Shown here in pieces: positions 36,599 through 49,700 of a DNA stretch of 64,000 nucleotides (its first letter is position 1; each line of letters opens with the position of its first letter). The stretch covers positions 2,976,001 through 3,040,000 of the forward strand of contig NEEC01000014.1 of NCBI GenBank assembly GCA_002189035.1, read 5' to 3'. This stretch comes from Utricularia gibba (lineage: Eukaryota; Plantae; Magnoliophyta). The notes below the pieces were generated by a model. The model did not search any database, was not told where the DNA came from, and worked only from the letters and a program-made list of their open reading frames with translations. A program made the position numbers and the translations under genes.

Positions 36599-37279
36599 GT
36601 TTGCCTTGCAGCATGGCTTGGGTGGCCAAAATGGGTTTCATTTTGTGTACTTAGTCTAATATATAAGAAACTACAGATCACAAATTATAATAATTATTTT
36701 TTTAACATTTTTGAAATCCTGAATTTCAACATTTATAATAATTATTTTTTTAATTTTTTGTTATTATATACATATAAATATTAAATAAATAAGATTTATA
36801 CACCAAAATATATATTTTTTAATATAATTATTTAAAAAATGATAAAAAAAATCAAAAGATGGATATTTAGACAATACTTTTAGAACTAGGGGTATTCTGC
36901 AAACCTGTTTTTGTAGAGGGGTATTCCACCAACAAAGCTGATGATTAAGGTCTTAACTTCTTGTCGGTATCACAGATGAAGAAGGCAGGGTCCCTAGAAA
37001 ACAAATTCATACGTTATTTTTTAAAAAAAGTTTAGGAATTTAAACGATTATCATTGAGTTTGGCCCCCTCCCCTTTCATGCTTCTAGGCAGCATTACTGC
37101 CTGGTGTGGAAGTTACCCACGTTGTGGGCCCATACCCACATTATCAAGTAAAGGAAAAGGGGGTACAAATACGCAATATGAAGGGATCAAGGTATTTGGA
37201 CTGTAGTCAACTCAACTTGTGGGCACATTTTGTGAGTGTGCGTAAACAGCCTGGTGTGCTGTTTTGAATGTTATTAACA

Positions 37280-37500
37280 TTATATTGTGGTCAGGAATGT
37301 CCAAGGCCGAGACCTTTGGGTGGAGGGGTTGCGAGGGCGCCCATGGGATGGGCAGCGCCGACTGCCGATGGTGTTCAATATCACGTGCGAAGACTTGGAG
37401 CGGGATGATGGAGCAATCATGTGTGCGCTTTTATTTGGTTGTGTGGCTACCCACTCGTTTGTGGCACCGTGCATGGTGGAAATGGTGTGCTAGGCTCACG
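37280..37500 (+). pseudogene. Ty3/Gypsy gag-protease fragment
   Basis: MVFNITCEDLERDDGAIM..ALLFGCVATHSFVAP resembles the retroelement aspartic-protease D[ST]GATHSF motif and the linker before it; isolated and locally GC-richer. Confidence 0.5.
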
Positions 37501-37842
37501 GGTGAAGTCACTTCATCAAACTAGATTATGTTTTTGTTAATTTGAAAAATTTCCTAATCCCTTTCTGCGCCAGCACATGAATCTTTGGATTATTTCGCTC
37601 TTACGCTCAATTACCTAATAAATGTACTGAGCGTATCCTATCTTCTTTACTATTCATAATCCAGCACTAAAAAAAAGAATCGAATTAAAAACAAAATACC
37701 TAGGGGAGTCTTCTGAGAAAATAAAAACAGTATACAATTATCAGAAAAGATGTTGCCTTTAATTATTAGTTACTATAGAATCAAATGGAATTTTGAAGTG
37801 AATCATACACCCAGTTATCAGAAACATTTTTTTATATTTGTT

Positions 37843-39266
37843 GCCAAAACATAAAATCGGTGACACTTTTCACTGAATTTCATCTTATATTATATATAAC
37901 CTAAAAATGAATCAGAGTTTGTTTTCTATCACATTTTATTTATTTCTCCCTCGAAAAGATATTCACGTTATAATATTTGTTTTTGGATTAGAATGCATGA
38001 ACTCGTCTTTGATTGTAGCAACACCTCATAAAAAGACTTCGCCATCGACTTCAAATGGAAAAGATGAAAGAGGGTTACCATGTTCATTCTTCATCTACAA
38101 ATCAGCCCTTCCAGTAAGTTCAGCTAATTTTTAAACAAATCTCATTGATTTGATCGTTCATCTTTAAATAGATTGAAATAAAATTGAATAAAAAATTACA
38201 AATCGAAAACACACATCACATTAAAAGAAACATACCTAAATCTTGAATAGTTCAAATCATGAGAACAAGAAACCTGCAGAAAAAGAATGGAAAACCATAA
38301 TTAATAATACATGGAAAGGGAAATAAAAAAATTTCTAATTATTATGACATTGTAAATTGATAAAAAAAAAATTATGATTTAATTAATTGTTTTTTTACCT
38401 TCTAATATTATCTTTAAATTTTATAAAATAATTTGAAATGGTGGGGGATCGTATTACATATTACAATACTTTGTATTCAATATGTGTTTGATATTTTATA
38501 TGTCAACTATTTTTATAAGAGTGCAGTGAAATCAACAAGAACAAGGGAATAAAACAGCAGTTAAACAAAAAGAGTCGCAAATAAAAGTGGCAAAACTAAG
38601 TAAAAAATCATTGAGTGTAATGAAGCAAGCCCTACTATAGACAATTCAGCAGCAGAAATCATTGAGTGTAATGCAGGAATCAATTTTTAAGGTGGTTATT
38701 CCATCAAGAAGATTCGAGTAACATTCCAGCTTACTACTGACTTATGGTATGTTAAAATTTGCAACAATGATTGGATACTTACTTGCATGTATGGAAAAGT
38801 TGATTGCACATGTAAGATAGAAATAATGATGAAAGAGAGTAACATATTATTATTGATTTCCATAGTGTTGTATTGTTTCTTTTAGATAGATAGAAGAATT
38901 TTTGTAAATCCATAACAGTAAAATTCTTTCATTTCTAAATTGTTATTTCAATTCTTCATCTGTTCTTTAGTTCATCTCTTTAATCAGTAAATCCTTTTAT
39001 AGTTCATATGAATATAGATTTTTAGTGCATATTACATATAAATTAATCACTATCTAATATATACATGTATTTCTTCCATCATGAAATCAATTAGATTCAA
39101 TCCATTTTATAATTCAAAGGAATTTTCAGCATAGGCTGCAGAAGCAATGTTCATAGAGAACACACGCGAACATCAAGTGCTCAAATAAAGTTACTCGTCC
39201 ACTGTGGTATACTTGACATCAGGAAAGTGCTCCGATGCCTCCACGTGTCTTATTCCAAGTAGGTCT
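37843..39266. repeat. Segmental duplication, copy 1 (paralogue of 50756-52146)
   Basis: Colinear shared blocks, e.g. GCAACACCTCATAAAAAGACTTC, CAAGGGAATAAAACAGCA, GCAAGCCCTACTA, CATAGAGAACA, GCTCCGATGCCTCC, TTCCAAGTAGGTCT. Confidence 0.9.
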
Positions 39267-41804
39267 TGTTATTGAGGAAGAGATCAAAATACATAAATTT
39301 ATTCTTCTTTCATTCATAAAACAAAGTCACCCCTTTCTTCCAAAGGCAATGACATACTTATACTAACACACACAGGACACTACTGTTTCTAAACCTTAAC
39401 CATATCAGTTTATTACATTAATCCTATCAAAATATAATTACTTGATAACCACAGTAGTTGGTGATCACCGGCCTCCTTTTGACAGCATCTCCAGCCATAT
39501 TGATGAGCATCCATGTTAATTTCTCCAGCTTACTTCATCATCCAACACTCCCCTCTAAGTTGGAGTGTCTTTCCACCGCAAGGAGCCTGCAGAACTTAGC
39601 CAAAGTGCATGACGATTCGTAGAATTTGCAGCCACATATTCTGCTTCACAAGAACTCAATTTCACCTCACTTTGCTTCTTGGAGCTCAAGACAACAGCAG
39701 TATCTTCCATTAAGAAAGTAAATCTAGTAGACAATAGTGCTCTTGGCATCATCCATGCAACCAGCCCAATTGCAATCACTGAAGCCTCTAAGTTCACATA
39801 ACTGACACTGTTGAAACCACAAGCCATAGTCCAGTGTCCCCTTCAAGTACCTCAGAATACGTTTAGTTGCTTTCATACGAGTCCCCTTTAGACTTTCCAT
39901 AAATCGGAATACCAAACTAAAGGCAAACAAAATATCAGGCTTGGTACTTGTAATATAACGTAATGAACCAACCAGGCTTTTATAGTTTATAGGATTCACA
40001 GCAGCAGATTGGTCTTGTATGCTTATAATAAGACCAACTTCAGAAGGGGTATTGACTAGATTGGACTCAGCCATGGAATACTTCTTTCAGACTTCTTAAA
40101 TAAAGCCTTTGTGTGAAATGAAGATTCCATCAGCCTTTTGAGCAACTTCAATACCTAAGTAATAATTCAGCATACCAGTATCAATCATATCAAAAGTTTT
40201 GCTCATCTCCTCTTTGAAGCATCTAATTTCATCCTCATTGATCCCTGTCACCAACAAGCCATCAACATATATTAATACCACTAGCTACTGAGAAATGGAG
40301 GATCTAGAAACATAAAGTGAGTGTTTGTGAACACAATTCACAAATCTTTTATTCTTCAGATACATATTAATTGTAATATTCCAAGCTCTAGGAGCTTGCT
40401 TAAGGCCATTCAGTGCCTTGTGCCTTTCCTTTATCTCCTTCTTTGATAAAACTCAATGGATGTTCAACATGCACTTCTTCTTCGAATACTCCATTTAAGA
40501 ATGCAATTTTAACATCTATTTGCCACATTCTCCATCTGAATTGAGCAGCCAATGAAACAAGAATTCTGACAGTCTCCATCCTTGCAACAAGGCAAAAACA
40601 TGATCATAGTCATCCCTTCTCGTTGTTTGCATCCTTTGGCCACCAGCCTTGCTTTGTACCTATCTATCTCACCACTCACTTTGCGTTTGATTTTATAGAG
40701 CCACTTGACTCCAATCATAGCTTTGTTTGAAGGTCTATCAACGATTCTCTAGGTTTGGTACTTCTCTATTGATTTTATCTCTTATTCAATTGCTTCCTAC
40801 TGCATTGGTTCCTTAACAGCTTCAAAAAAATCCATAGGTTCAGTTTCTAAAAAGAGACAAAAGTGATTGAAATTTTGAACTTCTTGGTAAAATTCGTGGC
40901 TGTGTCATATACAAAATCCTCCTAAGTCGTGTCTCTCTTACTGGTGTTGGTTCCATATCTTCACGATCAACAGGTGCAGCCACTAGAACCTATAAATCAT
41001 CATCAAATAGAGAATCATGAATGAAAGTGTATTGATTCTCAATAGACTTCCAATCCCAACTCTCAGACTCCTTGAAAATCACATCTCTACTGAGATGGAT
41101 TTGTTTCTTCACTTTATCAAATAGCTTGTCTTGCTTTGAAGTCTGGTCATAGCCAATGAACACAAGCTTTTGTGATTTATCATCCAGTTTGCTTCACACT
41201 GAATCATCCTTATGTGTATATGCAATTGATCCAAAAACTTTCTTGTGTGAAATAGAAGGTTTCACACCAGTAAATGCCTCCTGTGATGTCATGTTATTCA
41301 GACTTCAGGTAGAGCTTTTATTTAAAATATAAACTACCAAAACAGCAGCTTCTCCCCAAAGTTCCTTCAGCATATTTTTGTCTTCAACAAGCTTCTCAAC
41401 ATATCCAATATTGTCATGTCTTTCCTGTCCGCAACACCACTTTGTCATAGAGTCCTTGCTGCAGAAAATTCATGATGAATGCCAAAGTTTGGCAATACTT
41501 AGAAAATTTGTTTGCAGTGAACTCTCCCACTTGATCCATTCTTAGCCTTCTTATTGAAAGTCCAGTTTGCCTCTCTACCATAGCCTGATATTCATAGAAC
41601 ATCTGAAACACATCAGATTTAAAATTCAGGATATAAATCCAGGTCTTCCTGTCGTAATCATTAATAAAGAGCAAGAAATATTTATTTTCTCCCAAAGTTT
41701 CTAGTTTGATTGATCTACAAACATCACTATGGATCAATTCAAGTAGCTGAATTGCCCGAAATTCTTTTGTCTTGGGGATCTCTGCTCTTGGTTGCTTTCA
41801 AAAA

Positions 41805-42440
41805 TGATAAGATCATAGATGGTAAAGATGATCACAATGAAGATGAAGGAAAGAAGGTCAATAATCCTCCATTGATTTCACTTTGGACAATCACTAGATC
41901 AAAAGCAAGAAGTAATCAAGAGGTACTTAAAGTATTGTGAGTCAATCAACAAAGCAATGAGGTGTTTGTCATAAAATTCAATCTACTCAAAGTAGACCAA
42001 CTTGAGTAAAAGAGGCCCATCAATCCCAAGTGCATTATTCCTATGGCCCATCATTTTCAAGTGTATTATTCCTACTTTTCTTTTGAATAGGCCCAATTCT
42101 TCACTTATATAAGAAATACCTCACTCTTATTTAGAACAATTTTGGTTCTTATGTATTTTGAGAGCATTGCTCCTTTTTTGAATTCTTATAGAACTTTAAA
42201 CTTATTAAGTTTTGCTTGTGTTATCTAGTGCGATTTATCACTTTCAATTCCTTTCTTGTTCTATGAGTGTGGCACCATTTCATAATTTGGGTTGCAAGGA
42301 TTTTCATTTATTGATAGCCAACTTCTCTTTTCTTGAATAATTGTTTCTTTTGAATCCAAGATTTAGTTTGCCAAACACTTGTTGTTTGGAGGATCATATT
42401 ACAAAAGATGCAACCTTCACAAATCGCACTAGGATCATCA
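41805..42440 (+). mobile_element. CRM-like (chromovirus) LTR inserted in the Copia element
   Basis: TG...CATCA termini; encodes PLISLWTITRSKARSNQEVLK, like the GPITRxRA integrase tail that runs into CRM LTRs; TATA-like TTATATAAG; interrupts Copia between LPHI and KQPR; no TSD. Confidence 0.55.
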
Positions 42441-43020
42441 ATATGAGGAAGGGCCTTTACAAGCTGTTTCTAACTCATTATCTTCAACCTCTCGAAGTTG
42501 ATGTGCCCAAGTCTCAAACGCTAGATTCAATGAATGGAGGATTTTCTCCACAATTTGTCCTTCGGTGACAATTTCACTGAAATGTTTCATCTGGTTCACA
42601 ACACTTTCCACTCAAATGACATAGTCATTTGCACTTTCACCAAGCTTTTGTTTCAAACCTTCAGACTCAGCCCTAGAGTTCGAAGTTTCACTCATTTCAC
42701 CTTATCTACACCTTGGAATGCAGCAGTCAGAGAGTCCCATGCATGTTTTGATGATTGCCACTGAGACCTTCTCAAAATACTTCTCGTTCAGTGCTTGGCG
42801 AATAATTGACAAGGCCTTCTTGTCCCTTCTCAGAGTCGCATCATCAGACATGGTTGTACTGCCATTTCAAACTACTTCCCAAACTTCATAATCATCAAAT
42901 ATTGTTTGCATTCAGATTTTTCAATTGTCAAAATTCTCTTTTGACGCCGGTGGGATGGGGAATGATCCTGATCCTCCTAAGCCACCGTTGGTTGCCATCT
43001 TCTTTAAAGAATCCTGCTTT

Positions 43021-43150
43021 GATGCCACTTTGTTGTTGAGGAAGACATGAAAGTACAGAAATTTATTTTGCTTTCATTCATAAAACAAAGTCGCCCCTTT
43101 CTTACAAAGGCAACGATATACTTGGAAGTCCTCAACAACAAAGTGGCATC
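43021..43150. repeat. Perfect 22-bp inverted repeat (86-bp spacer) of the Copia LTR-end/PBS junction
   Basis: 43021-43042 GATGCCACTTTGTTGTTGAGGA is the exact reverse complement of 43129-43150. Confidence 0.95.
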
Positions 43151-43729
43151 CACTTTGGATTATCCGTAGCCCTGACCATGAATTTTCGGATGTCGAGCTC
43201 CTCGTTGAACACAGCTGCAAAACAATCAAGATTAACCGATTCTAGAATGTCAGGATTCCATCCCCATAGATGAGCACACCTTAGAAATCTCCATCTTCAT
43301 AGATGACGACATTCTCTCGAGGAACAACGGTGGCACCCACTGCGCGGCGGATTTTAATTTTGATCTTGAAAATTGACATGGTTGGCTCTACGGCCTGAAT
43401 CCTGTCAACTTCATTTCCCAACTTAAGGAAAGCATCTGATGGAAACCTTGACATTTCCTGCTTCTTTAATGACGACAATGATGTTCAATTGATATAAGGC
43501 CAGCAACTTGCTCGATTGCTTTGATAATATAAATGGGCAAACCAAATTATTAGTGTGAATTTTTACACAGAAATATCGTTATTGGGTTGATCTAAGTTTA
43601 GGCAATTTTTAATTAATATTAAATAATTCCTTTTGACCTTGTGTTTGAATAAAATATATAAACTTCAATTTCTTTTATCTTAATTCGACTTCAATTTGAT
43701 TTTTTTTTTTTTATCTTGTTTTTGGTTAA

Positions 43730-46700
43730 TCATATGCCTGTGCAAGGGAACAACTAGGGAAATCGGGCCAACACGTGACAAAACCAGAATCATAACCAGC
43801 AGCAGCCCCAACCATTATTCTTATGAGATATGCTCAATCAATTCATGGAGAAATAGGAAGGGCTGAACCAAGGAATGCTGGAGCAAATCAAACAAGCAAA
43901 TGGATTGGTGGTTGAAGAACTTAAGCAAATAAGAGGAGAAATTTCAGACCAAAAGACAAAGGTGGATGAAATGAATGAGCGTTTGGAGCAACTCGGGATA
44001 ACAACCCGCATTTTGGATAGTCGAATGAATAATGTTTCTCAAACCCACAAGGCTTCGAGGCTCTCAAGTCAACCAGAGAAGAATCCTGCTGAATGTAAAG
44101 CTGTAGCAACGAGAAGTAGGATGCAGAGTGCAACAACAGAAGCCCCTGTGCAAGCAAACGAATTGCTGGATGTTCCAATGTACGTATCTCCACCTTCTTA
44201 TAATCCCCCAATCCCTTATCCACAGAGACAGTCCAAATCATTAGTGGATTAACAATATTCCAAGTTTATGGAGATGTTGAAAACTCTTCATGTGAACATC
44301 CCATTCACTGATGTGATGTTGCAAATGCCCACCTATGCAAAATTCTTGAAGGATATTCTAGCCAATCGAAGGAAGATTGAGAATGATGTTGTTATTGAAT
44401 TATCCAAGCAATGTAGCACGGTTCTTACACATGGGGTGATTCAAAAGCATACAGATCCTGGGATTTTTTCAATCCCTTGTATCATTGGAAGAAGCAATTT
44501 TCAAAAGTGCTTATATGATCTTGGGTCAAGTATCAACTTGATGCCTTATTCTTTATTCAAAGCACTGAATCTTGAGGAGCTGAGAACCACCAAAATTCAG
44601 CTGGTATTTGCTGATAAATCCATGAAGAATCCTGAAGGTGTAGTAGAAAACGTGCCGGTAAAAATTGGAAAATATTTTGTTCCCTGTGATATTGTTATTT
44701 TGGATATCGCACTTGATGTGGAGGTACCAATCATTTTCGGGAGACCCTTTATGACAAACACATGAGCCTTAATTGATGTTAGAGTAGGGAAATTGACACT
44801 CAGATTTAGAGAAGAAGAACTGGAGTTCAATGTTGATCAAGCAATGAAGCGATTTGACTGTGACGAGCTTGCGCAAGGGGAAGCGGAAGATGCTGTTACG
44901 CAGGAGCATGCACAAGCAGTTTTTCTGCGCGAAATTCAGGAAGTAAATCTTCTGCAGGATGAAAAAGAAGACACTCCAGATGAAGCACCAATGATGGCTC
45001 GGCTGACAAAGAAGGAACTTGATGCTGGAGGAGAAATTGAGTTGAAGAAGCTACCACCATCATTGAGGTACGAATTTCATGAGGAAGATCACACCTACCC
45101 AGTGATTGTTAATGCAAGATTGAATGAATACCACACCCAAATGCTGCTAGATGTCTTGCGCAAGCACCAACAAGCCATTGGTTACACCTTGGATGACTTG
45201 AAAGGGCTTTATCCTCAATTCTGCACCCATCGGATTTATTTGGAAGCTGAGGCAAGACCAATTGTGCAACCACAAAGGCGGGCGAATCCTATGCTAAAGG
45301 AGGTGATTAAAAACGAAATTTTAAAATTACTAGATGCTGATATCATCTACTCTATTTCAAATAGGCAATGGGTTAGCCCAGTACACTGTGTACGAAAGAA
45401 AGGAGGCATGACAGTGACACAAAACGAGAAAGGAGACGTCATCCCCTTGCGCAAGGTCACTGACTGGAGGATGTGTATTGATTTTCGGAGACACAATAAT
45501 GCCACCAGAAAGGATCATTACCCGTTGCCATTTATTGATCAAATTCTAGAAAGGTTAAGTAACCAAGCTTTCTATTGTTACCTTGATGGTTATTCCGGAT
45601 ATTTTAAGATTCCAATCCATCCGAAAGATCAACACAAGATCACATTTACTTGGCTTTTTGACACCTTTGCATACAAGAGAATGCCATTCGGTTTATGCAA
45701 TGCTCCTGGAACTTTTCAACGTTGCATGATAGCCATTTTTTCAGAACATGTGGAGAAAATCACAGAGGTATTTATGGATGATATATCTGTTTATGGGACT
45801 GATAGATTAATTACTAGTTCAAAATATCTTTTAATGACAAATTGATTCATGTTTGCAGAACTTAGGCATCATTTTGGAGAGGTGTATTGAGTGCAACTTG
45901 GTACTCAATTGGGAGAAGTGTCATTTTATGGTTGAAGAAGGCATTGTGCTTGGACATCACATTTCATCCAAAGGCATCCAACTGGATCCAGTGAAAATCA
46001 AGGTGATTGAAAAATTACCAGCAGCAACAATGGTAAAAGGGATCAGAAGCTTCTTTGGGCATGCAGGATTTTATAGGAGATTTATTGCTAATTTTTCTCA
46101 TATTTCTCACCCACTAACAGCGCTACTTGCACAAGATGCGGATTTTGTTTTGATGCAGAATGTGTGCATGCCTTCAACACGCTGAAGCAAGCTCTTATCA
46201 CTGCACCCATTCTTCAACCACCAGATTGGATCTTGCCATTTGAATTGATGTGTGATGCAAGTGATTATGCTGTAGGGGCTGTTCTTGGATAGAAAAAAGA
46301 CAAGGTAATTCATGTGATTTATTATGCTAGCAAAACTCTCAATGCAGGCCAAAGGAACTACACAACCACAGAAAAGGAGTTGCTGGCAATTGTGTTTGCC
46401 ATTGAAAAATTCAGGTCCTACTTGCTAGGTGCAAAGGTAATTGTTCATACGGATCACGCTGTCTTGAAATATCTTTTGAGCAAGCAGGAATCAAAACCAA
46501 GGTTGATAAGATGGATACTACTTCTCCAAGAATTTGATCTGGAAATTCGTGACAAGAAGGGCAAGGAAAATGGATTAGTTGATCATTTGTCACGCCTACA
46601 GCTTGAAACAAGTGTGGGGGAGTTGCCCATTGATGATTCTTTCCCCACAGAACGTATACTTGCTGTCCAAGATGGCAATCTGCCGTGGTACGCTGATTTT

Positions 46701-49700
46701 GTTAATTATTTCGTTGGAGGAGTCTTGCCCCAGAATATGAACTTCAACCAGCGGAAGCACTTTCTTGCGCAAGCGAAGCATTATTTATGGGAAGAACCTA
46801 TACTTTTCAAATGTTGTGCTGATGGAATTATCAAAAGATGCCTACCACCAGAGGAGGTAAGAGACGTTATTTGACACTGCCATTCATCACCATATGGAGG
46901 GCATGCAGCAGCATCAAAAACACTCTTCAAAATTCTTCAATCTAGATTTTATTGGTCCGCCATGAATCATGATGTGAGGGTATTTGTTCAAGCATGCGAA
47001 CTATGTCAGTATGTGGGTTCTATTTCCAGCAGAGATGAAGGACCAATGACATATATCCTGGAGGTGGAGAGTTTTGATATTCAGGGGCTGGATTTTATGG
47101 GACCCTTTCCATCTTCCTATGGCAACACTCAAATTCTTGTGGCGGTGGATTATGTCTCAAAATGGGCAGAAGCTATTGCGGTTCCAGCAGCTGATGGAAG
47201 AGCTATAATTAAGCTCTTCAAACAAATCATTTTACCAAGGTTTAGAGCCCCAAGATTCGTCATAAGTGATGGAGGGAAACAGTTCATTGAAAGAGAATTC
47301 TAGAAGCTCTTGCACAAGTATGGAGTACGACATAGGGCATCAACTCCATATCACCCACAAACCTATGGACAAGTGGAGGTAACAAACAGGGAACTAAAGA
47401 GGATTCTAGAGCGTACGGTGGCCAAAACCCGTAAGGATTGGGCAACCAAATTAATTGATACTTTATGGGCTTATTGCACAGCATATAAGACTCCCTTGGG
47501 GACCTCCCCTTATTGTTTAGTTTATGGGAAAGCTTGTCACTTGCCTATGGAATTAGAGCAATAGGCCAATTGGGCTATCAAAGCATTAAATTTAGATGCC
47601 AAGGCTGCTGGAGAGCAAAGGATCTTGCAACTCCAAGAGCTAGATGAGCTAAGGATGAGTGCCTACGAAAATGCAAAACTATACAAGGAACAAACGAAGG
47701 CTTGGCATAGTCACTTGCGCAAGAAGGACCTGGTAGCAGGTGACCCAGTTTTGTTATTTAATTCTCGTTTTCGTTTATTTCAAGGAAAGCTCAAGTCCAG
47801 ATGGCGTGGACCATACACCATCAAGAAAATCTACCCCAATGGAGCAGTCCTCATCACTCATCCTGATCATGGAGAATTTACGGTAAATATTCAGAGATTG
47901 AAACGGTTTCATGAAAGGGTAAACTCTTTCATGGACACATTGTATGTTCTAGTGGATCTCTCTATTCACCCCCACCTTGATGAGAAAGCACTTGTGGTTT
48001 GCTTGTTGCCACACAAAACAAGTGATTTCCCTTTTAGTTATTTTATTTTTGATTTTCTCTTGCATTGTTTTTCTTTTCTTCTTTCTCTTCAATAAGCACA
48101 GGTGCACTGAATACTTTTGAGGAAATATTCCACACTATTAGCTACATCAAAGCACCTGACGACAGGTAAGTGTTTCTGCCCATTTTGACAACAAGATGCC
48201 ATTTAACTGTGGGGGAAATAGTTTACTTTTTTAGATTTTTTTTTATACCTTTAAAAAAAATTTTGAAATTTGGCATATATTTCATTAATCAACTCCTTGC
48301 ATTTTATGTTTTGCTGGAACCTATGCATCTGTTTTTAGTATTATTTTTTCGAGATAGTTGCTGTAAATTAGAATTTTGGTATGCTTTTTACTATGTTGTT
48401 TCTTGGCATGTTGTTTACTTTCTGTCCCTTACACAAGCTACATAGCCTTAGTTTCTTAGTGAGGAGACCATTTTCTTTTCATTATGAGTGACTTAAATGC
48501 AGAATGATCATAGACTTGTTTTTGTGCATACTGTTGAGTTATTCTACAGGTCTTGTGCAAAAGGATTGAGGCACTAGGATTTGCCTTGTTTTTTCTCAAT
48601 ATTCCACCTTGAATCCACTAAGTGAGCCCTGCTTGGCCTGAAACCTTTTATTTGGATCACCACATTAGAAGCCAAATCCGTTTTGACAATTATAGCCTAC
48701 ATCAATTTCTCTTGACCCAAGGAATGAGCATCTAGAAAATAGTTCTGTTCGTTTGCTTGCGCAAGTTGCAGAATCAAGAGCTCTATTACTAAGAAGAAAA
48801 GTTGAGAGCAATTTTCAATTCACTGATCAAGCTCTATCTCAACAATTTGTGAAAGGATTTTCAATAACATCCTGTCCAAGAGAAAGTGGATTTTGAAAAA
48901 AAAGAAAAATAGAAGAAGAAGATGAGAAGAAGAGAGAAAAGAGGCTGAAAGATTGGAACAAGCCACAAAACTGAAAGAGGAGTTTCTTGGAGTATGAAAA
49001 TCAAAGGACAAGCATAGCAGAACTGTTTGATGGATGCTCACTCCTTATTATCCATGAAATGGAGCCTCCAACCGAATTTCCCACCTGTCCCAAGCTCCTA
49101 CCATGCTACAACCCGTGAAAAAAGACCTCATGATTGCGCAAGCTTGCTGAAACCAGTGGATCACTTGTGCAAGTTTACTCACTCGCCTACATTCAGGTAT
49201 TGAGTGAACCTTTTCATTTTACCCTCTTATGGATTTCTCTTCTTGAGCATATTGAGTGACACCTTTGAGGAGTAGCTGCGTGCAAGGGGAGCTAGTATAT
49301 GGTATGTCATTGAACAACTTATGCATATTGTTTCCTTAACTCTATTTGCAAGTTACTATTTTGAAGGAAAATGCCTTGAACGATTGCTCGAGGACAAACA
49401 AACATTTAAGTGTGGGGGAGTTGATAAGTGATTTTGTATCACTTATATTTTTTATGTTTAGGACTCATTTAGATGAGTTTTGCATTCTTTTTATCCCACT
49501 TTCCTTATGTTTTTAGAAGAATTCTATATCTTTTATACTACTTTGATCTTTTTGGAGGGGAAGTGTGTTTTGTGATTTTTCAGGACAATTTTGACATAAT
49601 TTTGAGGATTTTCGAGTTGACCTTGATGGAGGCAAAGATTTGATCTATTCGGATGAAGACTCAGTCAAAGATTCTTGGATAAGATAAGATTCACATCTTA

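Larger units (their letters stand above)
39267..43150 (-). mobile_element. Ty1/Copia retrotransposon, decayed, with a truncated 5' LTR
   Basis: 3' LTR 39267-39547 with PPT GAGGGGAG; 5' LTR remnant 43032-43123 matches 39267-39360; PBS TGGCATCAAAGC. Gag start at 42999; RLGHINF; LELIHSDVC; IGVKWLYKIK..GEIDRYKARLVAKG; LVGSLRYITSTKPDI; LSSCEAEYVAA. Protease deleted; no TSD. Confidence 0.9.
39180..43520 (-). pseudogene. Isoflavone-reductase-like (NmrA family, IFR/PCBER-like) pseudogene, copy 1, split by a Copia element
   Basis: Exon remnants: QLNIIVVIKEAGNVK (~43445-43520); RCFP..GNEVDRIQAVEP..FKIKIKIRRAV|GATVVPRENVVIYEDGD (43280-43437); after a GT..TTTTGCAG intron, AVFNEELDI..MVRATDNPK (43150-43212); last exon EASEHFPDVKYTTVDE (39180-39266). 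Confidence 0.85.
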
